NCBI GenBank assembly: GCA_033764315.1
Contig: JANRJA010000244.1
Location: forward strand, 1-26,526
Source: Oculatellaceae cyanobacterium bins.114
Lineage (GTDB): Bacteria > Cyanobacteriota > Cyanobacteriia > Elainellales > Elainellaceae
DNA length: 26,526 nucleotides
Reading direction: 5' to 3'
Position numbers and translations under genes: made by a program. Below are positions 17,744-26,526 of the stretch, piece by piece (the first letter of the stretch is position 1; each line of letters opens with the position of its first letter). The notes below the pieces were generated by a model. That model was not told where the DNA came from. It saw nothing but the letters and a program-made list of their open reading frames with translations, and did no database searches.

Positions 17744-18457
17744 ATGGCTGTTAATCTGGCTCACGATCCTGCTTCTATGCGGTTAGCTGCCCAGGATGCA
17801 CCGTTACTCAGGAAAGTTTTTGCAGCACTTACCGCTGATAGTTGCCCGACTTTGTTTAACTTCCACATGCATACTGTTTGTTCCGATGGAAGATTGCGGC
17901 CTGAGCAGTTAATCGAACAGGCCGTCAGCTTGGGGCTTCAAGGATTAGCCATCACTGACCACCACAGCATCAATGGCTATCGCCAAGCACAACAATGGCT
18001 GATGCAACACCGACTAGCCGTTTCAGAAAGCGATCGCCCTTTACCCCATCTGTGGACGGGTATGGAGATTAATGCTCTACTTCTAGATGATGAGGTGCAC
18101 ATCCTGGCATATGCCTTTGACCCAGATGGTGAGGCGTTGCAACGCTATATGAAACGAGAAACAACTGAGGGTGAGCATTACAAAGCCGAGACTGTAATCA
18201 CTGCAATTCATGCGGCAGGTGGTTTAGCTGTATTGGCACACCCGGCTCGCTATAAGCGATCGCACCATGAGCTTATTCCCGCAGCGGCAGAGGTTGGCAT
18301 TGACGGAATTGAGACATACTACGCCTACAACAACCCAACGCCTTGGACACCTAGCCCTCGACAAACTCAAGAAGTCTATGAATTGGGTCATACGTGGGGC
18401 TTATTGCAAACCTGTGGTACCGATACCCACGGTTTAAGCCTTTTACAGCGTTTATAG
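17744..18457 (+). CDS. PHP-domain metal-dependent phosphoesterase
   Basis: FHMHT-x-CSDG, AITDH, GMEI, VHIL, LAHP, GTDTHG. Confidence 0.9.
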   Translation: MAVNLAHDPASMRLAAQDAPLLRKVFAALTADSCPTLFNFHMHTVCSDGRLRPEQLIEQAVSLGLQGLAITDHHSINGYRQAQQWLMQHRLAVSESDRPLPHLWTGMEINALLLDDEVHILAYAFDPDGEALQRYMKRETTEGEHYKAETVITAIHAAGGLAVLAHPARYKRSHHELIPAAAEVGIDGIETYYAYNNPTPWTPSPRQTQEVYELGHTWGLLQTCGTDTHGLSLLQRL

Positions 18458-18528
18458 CTCTTCTGTAATAGCCTGTACCTGTAATAGCTGTCTGCCATAG
18501 CTCACAGCGACTAAACGCTGGGGAGAGA

Positions 18529-19158
18529 TTAGCCCACGGGGATTAATCGTTGGAGTGCAGGTAGCCACCCTGCGGCTAACACCCCTCCTAACAAACCAAA
18601 CAGATGCCCCTCCCAGGAGATGCCTTTTTGAGAGGGAAAAATTTCGAGTAGCGATCGCCAGTAAAAAAAACCTACAAATAGTGAAACCACACTCGTCATG
18701 GCGTCGTTTTTGAAATACGCGTACACCATTAAAAAACCTAGATAGCCAAAAATCACACCACTGGCACCCAGATGATTTGTGTTAGGTCTGCCAAATAGCC
18801 AGACTCCAAGCCCACTAGCGATCGCAACAATCACAGTGACGATATAGAATGCTGCAATTCCCTGAAGCAACACCAACCAACCCAGAATAATAAAGGGCAA
18901 AGTGTTGCCAAATAGGTGATTGCCATCCGCATGTAAAAACGGTGAGAAGCCAATACTCAGTAACCCACTTGGATCACGGGGGCGAATCCCTAGCTGAGTC
19001 AGAGTTCCCCCAACCATGACGTTAAAGATCGAAATTCCCCAGGTGACGACAATAAAGTCAGACAAAATGCTGGCCCGGTCTCGCCAGTCATTTGGCAACC
19101 CTCCTGCAAACAGCAGGGTCATACAAATGGCGTAAATAAAGATTTGCTCTTGCTTCAC
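18529..19158 (-). CDS. Rhomboid-family intramembrane serine protease
   Basis: HADGNHLFGN, GASG, ISWEGHLFG; multiple TM helices; start uncertain. Confidence 0.9.
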   Translation of the reverse strand: MKQEQIFIYAICMTLLFAGGLPNDWRDRASILSDFIVVTWGISIFNVMVGGTLTQLGIRPRDPSGLLSIGFSPFLHADGNHLFGNTLPFIILGWLVLLQGIAAFYIVTVIVAIASGLGVWLFGRPNTNHLGASGVIFGYLGFLMVYAYFKNDAMTSVVSLFVGFFYWRSLLEIFPSQKGISWEGHLFGLLGGVLAAGWLPALQRLIPVG

Positions 19159-19225
19159 CGACTGAGTATGACGATACAGAAGCGTAATTTCTCTGAGCGT
19201 CTTTTAAGCGTCTTATGAGGACACG

Positions 19226-21637
19226 TTAAGGAGCGGCCGGAGCAGCCGGCTCAGAGGCAGGTTCAACAGGAACAACCATTGGAGGTGGAGCCGCTTCTGG
19301 AGCGGGTTCAGGAGCAGGCTCAGGTGGAGCCGCCTCTGGAGCGACCTCAACCGTGGGTGCTACAGGTTCTCCTTCACTCCCACCACCCTCTCCTTTGGGA
19401 GAGGAATCAACAGGTTCTGAATGATCCTGTTGTTCCCGCTCTGTGTTGTTTTCAGCCTCAGACGAGGATGCGTTTTCTGCATTTTCATTTTCAGATGCCG
19501 CATTTTGGCTGGTCACCCGACGAGGTTTTACAGGACGTAACGTAATAGTTGCTCTACGTCCTTGCAGACGAGGCAGGTCAGGAAAGTCCTCTTCTGGGAT
19601 TTCGCCCACAATTTCACTCATAAAGTCATTCCAGGTTCGAGCAGCTGTGCTGCTAGCACCCCAGGTTGGGCGATTATTGTCGTTGCCTAGCCAAACCCCA
19701 GTCACCACCTGAGGAATATAGCCAATAAACCAAAGATCCCGTCTTTCTTCAGAGGTGCCTGTTTTGCCAGCTACTTGACGACCCCGCAGTTGGGCTCGCG
19801 CTCCAGTGCCCCCTTCCACAACCCCTCTCAACATCCAGGTCATGATAGCCGCAGTATCTTGATCGACCGCTTGCTTTGTCTCAAAATCTGCTTCATACAA
19901 CACTTCACCATAGCGGTTAGTGATGCGAACAATGCCATGAGGCTCGATGTGCCGTCCTTCATAGGCCAGGGTGCCATAGGCACTGGTTAACTCAAGCAAA
20001 TTAACTTCCGATGCACCTAATGCCAGTGAGTATGTTGGCATCAGTTCTGATTGAATGCCCATGCGTTTAGCCATGTCAATCACAGGGTCAAATCCCACGT
20101 CAATCAAGGTTTTAACCGCAACAATGTTGACAGAAGAAATTAACGCATCTCGAATCGAGATGTTCCCTCGATAGCCTCTGCCATAGTTGCTAGGTTCATA
20201 GCCATCGACCACAAACTTGGCATCGACATATGTTTTAGACGGAGAAAAGCCACCGGCGATCGCCGCAGTATACACAAAGACTTTAAAGGTAGAACCGGGT
20301 TGTCGCAGAGCCTGAGTAGCTCGGTTGAACTGACTCTTATTAAAGTCATTGCCTCCAACTAAAGCTTTGATCTCACCGGTGCGAGGGTCGATCGCCACTA
20401 GTGCGGCCTGGGTAAAGTTTTGTCTAGGGCCATAGTTTTCGATCGCATGAATCACCGTTTCCTGAGCTTGCTGTTGCCACTTTGGATTCAACGTGGTTTC
20501 GACCGTTAATCCGCCTAGCTCCAAGTCTTCTTGAGAGACATAGTTTGGCAACTGTTGCTGAACATAGGATGTGAAATAAGGAGTGTTGCTGTAGAGGTTG
20601 CGAGGTGTGCTCGGCTTCAGAGCCAAGGGGGTAGAAACGGCTTTCTCCATTTCTGCTTGAGTAATGAACCCCGTTTCCACCATGCGGGCTAAGACAATAT
20701 TGCGCCGTTCTCTAGCAACCTCTAAATTGACCAATGGTGAGTAAGCACTAGGAGCAGGCGGCATCCCAGCAATCATTGCCATTTCTGACAAGGTCAGATC
20801 ACCAACTGGCTTGCTGAAATAGACCCAAGCAGCATCTGCGACACCATAGGCACCAGACCCTAAATAAACCAGGTTTAAGTAGCGTTCTAAAATCTGCTCT
20901 TTGGTCAGCTCTGCTTCAATTTTTTGAGCCAGCAGGGCCTCTCTTAATTTGCGATCAATGCTGCGGTCTTGATCAAGAAACACAATCCGAGCGACCTGTT
21001 GAGTGATGGTGCTACCTCCCTCAACTACTTCCCCAGCTGAGATATTGGCAACTACAGCCCGGACGATCGCTTTATAGTCAACCCCATCATGTTCATAAAA
21101 ATGTTGATCCTCAGATGCAATAAACGCTTCGATCAACAGAGGAGGCATCTGATCAAAAGACAGTTTCTCCCGCGTAGCAGGCCCTAATTGTTGCAAGACT
21201 GAGCCATCAGCGGCCTTGATGGTCAAGGTTCCATCTCGCACAAAGGTCAACACGTTAGCCGTATCAGGCAATTCGCCCTTGATTCGGGTGATGGCATCGT
21301 AAGCCGAAACCGCACCCCCTCCAACACTGGCACTGATGCCTAAAATTACCCAGACCCACCAGCGTTGATAGATGGGCTTTCGACGTCGAGGAGATTTTTG
21401 AGTATCGGGTTGCTGTGGCTCTGGAGAGGAAATTTTCTTTTGGCGAGAGACAGATGGGGAGGCAGGATCTCGTCCCAGTTGTCTGGGCACCTGAGGCGGC
21501 GCAGATTCGACGAACCCATTGCCATCTTGAAGATGGGTGTTATCAGGGACTCCGTTGGATGCCCCATGAGGAGACTTGCGAGAGTCAGGATTGCTCCCCG
21601 TGGAGATCGCCTTGAGCCTTGAGATAAAATCTGTCAC
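19226..21637 (-). CDS. Class A penicillin-binding protein (PBP1A family)
   Basis: GT motifs EDQHFYEHDG, GGSTITQQ, RKLRE; TP motifs STFK, SVN, KTG; one TM; disordered termini. Confidence 0.95.
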   Translation of the reverse strand: MTDFISRLKAISTGSNPDSRKSPHGASNGVPDNTHLQDGNGFVESAPPQVPRQLGRDPASPSVSRQKKISSPEPQQPDTQKSPRRRKPIYQRWWVWVILGISASVGGGAVSAYDAITRIKGELPDTANVLTFVRDGTLTIKAADGSVLQQLGPATREKLSFDQMPPLLIEAFIASEDQHFYEHDGVDYKAIVRAVVANISAGEVVEGGSTITQQVARIVFLDQDRSIDRKLREALLAQKIEAELTKEQILERYLNLVYLGSGAYGVADAAWVYFSKPVGDLTLSEMAMIAGMPPAPSAYSPLVNLEVARERRNIVLARMVETGFITQAEMEKAVSTPLALKPSTPRNLYSNTPYFTSYVQQQLPNYVSQEDLELGGLTVETTLNPKWQQQAQETVIHAIENYGPRQNFTQAALVAIDPRTGEIKALVGGNDFNKSQFNRATQALRQPGSTFKVFVYTAAIAGGFSPSKTYVDAKFVVDGYEPSNYGRGYRGNISIRDALISSVNIVAVKTLIDVGFDPVIDMAKRMGIQSELMPTYSLALGASEVNLLELTSAYGTLAYEGRHIEPHGIVRITNRYGEVLYEADFETKQAVDQDTAAIMTWMLRGVVEGGTGARAQLRGRQVAGKTGTSEERRDLWFIGYIPQVVTGVWLGNDNNRPTWGASSTAARTWNDFMSEIVGEIPEEDFPDLPRLQGRRATITLRPVKPRRVTSQNAASENENAENASSSEAENNTEREQQDHSEPVDSSPKGEGGGSEGEPVAPTVEVAPEAAPPEPAPEPAPEAAPPPMVVPVEPASEPAAPAAP

Positions 21638-21643
21638 GTTAGT

Positions 21644-21652
21644 TCCTCACAC
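21644..21652 (-). promoter_or_regulatory. Putative Yfr1 sRNA target site overlapping the PBP RBS
   Basis: mRNA reads GUGUGUGUGAGGAACUAAC-GUG; GUGUGAGGA is complementary to the Yfr1 motif ACUCCUCACAC. Confidence 0.6.
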
Positions 21653-21837
21653 ACACCAACTGGGGTCAACATAAACCCAATTCTATGCCCTACTTAATTC
21701 GTGTATTTATAACGGGATCACAGCGTCTACACCCACTATAGATAAACCAATGCCAGTTCACACTATAAACTACGTCAGGGCTCGTTAACTTTCAACACAA
21801 AGCGATATTCGATATTTTACAGTGTCACACCCTACCC

Positions 21838-22896
21838 TTAAGCTCCAGCGTGTCCAAGGGCTAATGCTGCTACTAGCATTCCCAGCACTAAGAAAGGCTG
21901 AGCACTGGCTTGATACTTCACATCATTTTCCAGAGGATTCCGTAAAAAGTACATATCTTGAAATGTAATTTGCGGAATGATCAACAAGATCAAGATAGTT
22001 GCGTACAAATTTTGGCGAATGCCGATGAGATAGACCGCAATTCCTGACTGAAAAATGTCAATCATGAGTACACAGATCCAGGCGGCAGTTGTAATGCCGA
22101 ACATCACGGGCAGCGATTTAAGACCCAACTGGCGATCGCCCTCAACACTCTTGAAGTCATTTACAACTGCAATCCCCAATCCTGACAGGCTATAAAACAA
22201 CGTCAGCAGCATGATGGTGGGGTTCAGTTCGCCAAACAAGGCATGCCCCGTCCACCAAGGCAACGCGATATAGCTAGCCCCCAACGCATAACAGCCCAGC
22301 CAGCCGTTTTGTTTTAGTTTTAAGGGCGGAGCCGAGTAAATGTAGGAGAGGAAGGAACCTCCGATTGCCAGCACTGTAATGGTCGGAAATTCATGTCCTG
22401 CCCAGACATCTAAGGCGTAAGCGATCGCCAGTCCCGTCAAGAGTAAGACCCAAATCTGCACAATCACTTGAGGAATCGAAATGGCTCCTGAGGGGATAGG
22501 GCGATAGGGTTCGTTGATGGCATCAATTTCGCGATCGTAATAGTCATTGAGAATCTGGGTATACCCTGTGAGCAACGGCCCAGCCAACAGCATACAGGCG
22601 GCCGAGATCAACACGTTTTCTAGAGTCCAGGTGTAATTTCCTGAGGAAGCCGCCCCACAAATCACACCCCACATCAGCGGAATCCAGGTAATAGGCTTCA
22701 TCAATTGCAGGCGGATTTTCCAAATTGAGGTTTCGCCTGCCTGTGCTCCTTTCATGCCTAAAAGCTGTCGCGTCTTGGCATTGCGATCGCCACCCTTGGG
22801 GGGAGACTGCTCTGCATCGCTGGTCACACTGGTTGGAGAACCATCTGCGGAGATGTCTGATTCAGGGAGGGATGAAGGAGAGGGAAACTCAGACAT
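21838..22896 (-). CDS. chlG: Chlorophyll synthase
   Basis: RQLLGMKGA, WKIRLQLMKPITWIPL, NDYYDREIDAINEPYRPIPSG, NDFKSVEGD, DVKYQASAQPF. Confidence 0.97.
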   Translation of the reverse strand: MSEFPSPSSLPESDISADGSPTSVTSDAEQSPPKGGDRNAKTRQLLGMKGAQAGETSIWKIRLQLMKPITWIPLMWGVICGAASSGNYTWTLENVLISAACMLLAGPLLTGYTQILNDYYDREIDAINEPYRPIPSGAISIPQVIVQIWVLLLTGLAIAYALDVWAGHEFPTITVLAIGGSFLSYIYSAPPLKLKQNGWLGCYALGASYIALPWWTGHALFGELNPTIMLLTLFYSLSGLGIAVVNDFKSVEGDRQLGLKSLPVMFGITTAAWICVLMIDIFQSGIAVYLIGIRQNLYATILILLIIPQITFQDMYFLRNPLENDVKYQASAQPFLVLGMLVAALALGHAGA

Positions 22897-23014
22897 GAAG
22901 AATATTGCCTCTGCTACAAGTGGGTGTGCAAATTAGGTGGGTCAACCGTCTAGATTACCGCTAATTGTGAAGCATTGTGAAATAATTTCAAGTTTTTAAG
23001 CTAGTCTCAACCCT

Positions 23015-24112
23015 CTAAAACGAAATGATGAGATAGCCATCTTGAAATTTAGCCCCCGTCACCTGACGACCACTCAACTCAGGCGGCAAAAAGATATTCC
23101 GTCGTTGATCTCCAGCCTCAATCGTTACCTCTGGCCCATATTGAGTCAGCTTGACCTGTTTTTTATCAAACCCTGGCAAAAACAACATGACTTTTCGTTC
23201 AGCCACATTGGTAGCGATCGCCCGAGGCATTTGAGTCGCTTGAGTCAAGTCAGGTAAAGCTTCCATGACCGTTTGCCAATCCCCATCTAACCGGGTAGGA
23301 ATCGGGGCAACAGGAAGTGGGTCAAACTCAGATTGGAGGACATCAGCCTCACTAGACTGATTCAGCAACAGCCCCCCAACGGTCAACCCCACTTGTTGAG
23401 CACTACCCCAGAGATACTTAGCAGTTGCTACAGCAGCGCGATCGCCCGTACTGACCAAATAGGCAGCAACTCGATTAGGATCTGCCACCGCTGTCGTGCC
23501 TTGAGTCAAAATATTATTGACTTGCTGTGCCGCAGGTTGGTTGAATACATCCCCAGACCAATTCACATTTAAAACAGCACTGGCAACCGGTTGAATAAAG
23601 GGAGATATAGTTTTACCCAAATCTGAGTCAGCAAATACCTGACGAAACCGACGAATATACCAGCTTAAAACTTCAGGCATGCCTAACATTCGCAAAGTTG
23701 CCTGATCCCCGGCACCGTCATACACAATCACGTCATAGCGATCGCTGGCGTCATATTCTCGAATTGCATTTAAGATCAGCGCACTATCCATTCCAGGCAA
23801 GATTCCTAGCTCTTGACCATACACCGCTTTTAGAAATGGGGTGCGAAGATATTGGGCTTCCTGTTGTTTCAGCTCTTCCCAACTCCGCTCTAGCAGGGCT
23901 GTCGTCTGTAATTGCACCGCGTGTAGCCCGGTCGCAACCTCTTGAGGCTCAGAACTCAGGGATGTTTCCCACAACAGACTTAACGCAGGACTGGCATCTT
24001 GTCCTACAAATAAAACTCGTTTTCCCTGAGATGCAAACCGTTTAGCCGCCGCGATCGCGATTGTAGTGCGTCCCGTTCCCCCTTTGCCCAAAAAAGTCAA
24101 GATAAAACTCAT
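23015..24112 (-). CDS. ArsA/Get3-like ATPase with C-terminal alpha-crystallin-like domain (Get3d type)
   Basis: TFLGKGGTGRTT, LPGMDS, VIVYDG; C-terminal LFLPGFDKKQVKLTQYGPEVTIEAGDQRRNI. Confidence 0.88.
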   Translation of the reverse strand: MSFILTFLGKGGTGRTTIAIAAAKRFASQGKRVLFVGQDASPALSLLWETSLSSEPQEVATGLHAVQLQTTALLERSWEELKQQEAQYLRTPFLKAVYGQELGILPGMDSALILNAIREYDASDRYDVIVYDGAGDQATLRMLGMPEVLSWYIRRFRQVFADSDLGKTISPFIQPVASAVLNVNWSGDVFNQPAAQQVNNILTQGTTAVADPNRVAAYLVSTGDRAAVATAKYLWGSAQQVGLTVGGLLLNQSSEADVLQSEFDPLPVAPIPTRLDGDWQTVMEALPDLTQATQMPRAIATNVAERKVMLFLPGFDKKQVKLTQYGPEVTIEAGDQRRNIFLPPELSGRQVTGAKFQDGYLIISF

Positions 24113-24586
24113 TCTGATTGACCTACCCCAGAGGCTGAAAATTGCAACTATTGATATGGTATCGATCGCTTTCCAGATTTGTATCTAGACCGAGGCTGAA
24201 CTGCATCCAGTCAATTAAGGGATCAGCACAACACCACTCAGCGCAGTCCAAGATCGATCTAGCGCATCTATGTAGAAAAATCTGTGTATAGCCATAGCCA
24301 CATTCGATGAGGCGGAGGCAAGTCAGCAAGCGTTCCCAGCATCAGGATTTGAGCCATTGCCTTCGCCGTAAGCTTTCTGACCAAAGCTATAGAAAAGCGA
24401 TCGCAATTTCTCAGCCCAAAACCACCCATAACCGAGTCATGCAGCACGACTAGATCGCTCACAGGTGTGCCAAAAATAATTCAAAAAGAAAGGAGTACCC
24501 GTCCTAAATTTGAGTACTTGAGCAGTATTCGAGTACTGAAGCAGTGAGTTCTTTGAATTTTGTATGAATGACTCCAGCCAAAATCC

Positions 24587-24781
24587 TCAGGAGGAAGGCT
24601 CTAATTCATCCTCAAAAAACCAAGTAGCACCCTTATCTTCAAATTGCACAATCATGCCAACACTGCTGCCATCAACCATTTTGAACCCCTGGATGACACC
24701 GATCTGACCAAGTCTGCTGATAACTGACTGAGGTGAACGATCGCGCAACCGCCGCACACGGACTTTTTGACCGATTTCCAT
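24587..24781 (-). CDS. petP: Cytochrome b6f-associated subunit PetP (DUF2862)
   Basis: MEIGQKVRVRRLRDR...FKMVDGSSVG...TWFFEDEL; start ATG 24781. Confidence 0.85.
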   Translation of the reverse strand: MEIGQKVRVRRLRDRSPQSVISRLGQIGVIQGFKMVDGSSVGMIVQFEDKGATWFFEDELEPSS

Positions 24782-24894
24782 CGTTATTCTTTGCAATCAA
24801 CTCATAAAACCAAAACTCAGTGTATCAGTGTCTTGGCGTCGTTTGAGTTATTCTGAGAACTTGCAGATAAATTCAGTCGCAAAACAATCACGGC

Positions 24895-25665
24895 ATGCTG
24901 GCAAAACGAATTTTGCCCTGTTTGGATGTCAAGGCAGGGCGGGTAGTTAAAGGGATCAATTTTGTAGATTTGCGAGATGCGGGTGACCCGGTCGAGCTGG
25001 CACAAGCCTATAACCAGGCAGGAGCCGATGAGTTGGTGTTTTTAGATATCACCGCTACCCACGAAGATCGCGACATTATTTTTGACGTGGTTTATCGCAC
25101 CGCCGAGCAAGTCTTCATTCCGCTAACGGTAGGAGGGGGCATCCAATCCTTAGAAACTATTAAAAAATTGTTAAGAGCCGGAGCCGATAAAGTCAGTATC
25201 AACTCAGCAGCTGTCCGTGACCCAGATTTGCTCAATCGAGCCAGCGATCGCTTTGGTAAACAATGCATTGTCGTGGCGATCGATGCCCGTCGTCGCGTTG
25301 CGCCTGACAACCCTGGTTGGGATGTGTATGTGCGTGGAGGACGCGAAAATACGGGGCTTGACGCGATCGCTTGGGCAGTTGAAGTCGAGCAACGCGGTGC
25401 CGGAGAACTGTTGGTGACAAGCATGGATGCCGACGGCACTCAAGCTGGATATGATCTAGAACTAACACGGGCGATCGCTGAACGGGTTCAAGTGCCAGTC
25501 GTTGCCTCTGGTGGTGCAGGTAATTGTGAGCACATCCGGACTATTTTGACTGAAGGTAAAGCCGAAGCCGCTCTCCTGGCCTCTTTGCTCCATTACGGGC
25601 AACTGACAGTGGCTGAGATCAAGCATCACCTAGCAGAGCACCAAATTCCAGTCAGAATGACTTAA
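24895..25665 (+). CDS. hisF: Imidazole glycerol phosphate synthase cyclase subunit
   Basis: [45 protein letters not shown]. Confidence 0.97.
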   Translation: MLAKRILPCLDVKAGRVVKGINFVDLRDAGDPVELAQAYNQAGADELVFLDITATHEDRDIIFDVVYRTAEQVFIPLTVGGGIQSLETIKKLLRAGADKVSINSAAVRDPDLLNRASDRFGKQCIVVAIDARRRVAPDNPGWDVYVRGGRENTGLDAIAWAVEVEQRGAGELLVTSMDADGTQAGYDLELTRAIAERVQVPVVASGGAGNCEHIRTILTEGKAEAALLASLLHYGQLTVAEIKHHLAEHQIPVRMT

Positions 25666-25688
25666 CGTCCCCTCAGTCCTGCCTGATA

Positions 25689-25856
25689 GCTACTGTGTAC
25701 ACCGATCTCAGTGGAGATGCCAATTTTCTGCCCGCTCTCCCTCAATCACCCTTTAAAGAAAGGGACTTTGAGTCCGATCCCCTCCTTTTTAAGGAGGGCT
25801 AGGGAGGATCAACCCTAGCATTGGCTAGGTTAGAAGACTTATGTAAACACCATAGC
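25689..25856. mobile_element. Degenerate MITE with internal double-hairpin repeat
   Basis: Left GCTACTGTGTACAC versus right-end reverse complement GCTATGGTGTTTAC; internal CCCTTT-AAAG-AAAGGG and CCCTCCTT-TTT-AAGGAGGG hairpins. Confidence 0.6.
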
Positions 25857-25961
25857 TGCCTTCTAGAAGAAAGTTTAGGCAGATCGAAACCTGCATTTAT
25901 AAATCAGCTTTCAATTTATCTTGAGTAGATAGAATAAATGGCGACACTTCTCTGAGAAACT

Positions 25962-25995
25962 GTTACAATTGTAAATATTTACAATTGGTTACAGA
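25962..25995 (+). promoter_or_regulatory. HLR1 (RpaB)-like direct repeat within a 22-bp perfect palindrome
   Basis: TTTACAAT-TG-GTTACAGA at 25978-25995; extra GTTACAAT at 25962; CAATTGTAAATATTTACAATTG at 25966-25987. Confidence 0.5.
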
Positions 25996-26005
25996 CCATT
26001 TAAAA

Positions 26006-26314
26006 ATGATCTTTATTTTGCTCGTGGTTGTCGTTCTTGTTGCTTGGGCATTGCACCTGATGCAAGAAGCTATTCAAAGCCGTGAATTTTCCCTCATGCT
26101 GGCTGGCTTTTTGGTGTCCGTTGCTGCGGCTGCGATGATGGCAGTTTATTTCCTAATGAGCCATTACGTTGGGTATATGACCCACACAGCTCAACAGTTT
26201 TCCGTCTATAGCCAGGTTGTTGACTCTTCTGAGTGGCTCTCGTCAGACGAGTGGTGGTCAGAAGACTGGACTGACTCCAAAAGCAGTCCTCCGATTCAGT
26301 CCTCCTCGATCTAG
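26006..26314 (+). CDS. Small hypothetical membrane protein (2 TM, acidic Ser/Trp-rich tail)
   Basis: Two strongly hydrophobic helices; start placed at ATG 26006 (track start TTG 25985). Confidence 0.65.
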   Translation: MIFILLVVVVLVAWALHLMQEAIQSREFSLMLAGFLVSVAAAAMMAVYFLMSHYVGYMTHTAQQFSVYSQVVDSSEWLSSDEWWSEDWTDSKSSPPIQSSSI

Positions 26315-26526
26315 TCTCACTCTAAAAGGTGTCTGTAATTGATGATAGGGTTATAATTGCACCACAAGTTTCCGTAGTTTTATGGATCACTTTAGCGTCA
26401 AAGCTTTAGTGTCAACCTGTTAAATAGTTCCGTTTTATATCAAACGCATCAGGTATCTACCACGTTTTAGCTCTGTTGTGACAAGGTTTGTCGTGACAAG
26501 GTCTTTCACAACAGAGTGGGTTGTCA

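Noticed and set aside
19226..19545. Repetitive DNA and antisense ORFs at the PBP 3' end
   Set aside because: Explained by the Pro/Ala/Glu-rich low-complexity tail of the PBP.
25971..25982. NtcA site
   Set aside because: Spacing is GTA-N6-TAC, not the required N8.

Overview
Cyanobacterial chromosomal DNA: the HIP1 octamer GCGATCGC is very frequent, and rpaA, chlG, ndhV, petP and ycf39 are present. It is probably a filamentous Leptolyngbya-like strain, which is an inference only. The window is mostly core genome. In order: 5' part of tig; asd-dapA-rnj; a Mo-nitrogenase-C-terminal-domain protein; rpaA; a CruG-like GT2; two orphan ORFs; tRNA-Val(GAC); ndhV; a P-loop kinase; a VOC protein; a CysO/MoaD-like sulfur carrier with a thrC-like PLP enzyme; ycf39; a histidine phosphatase; a membrane hypothetical; ispF; a PHP protein; a rhomboid; a class A PBP; chlG; a Get3d/ArsA-like ATPase; petP; hisF; a small membrane protein. 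No CRISPR array, transposase, integrase or phage gene was seen. The best candidate for an under-described system is the thrC-like + sulfur-carrier operon. It resembles a MetM/MetO-type (O-phosphohomoserine to homocysteine) module and has an IscR/Rrf2-like palindrome abutting its -35 box. Other non-coding signals: a probable Yfr1 sRNA target site on the PBP mRNA, an HLR1/RpaB-like box within a perfect 22-bp palindrome, and three MITE-like elements just behind housekeeping genes, one inserted exactly at the rpaA stop codon. All family calls come from motif recognition by eye; no database searches were run.
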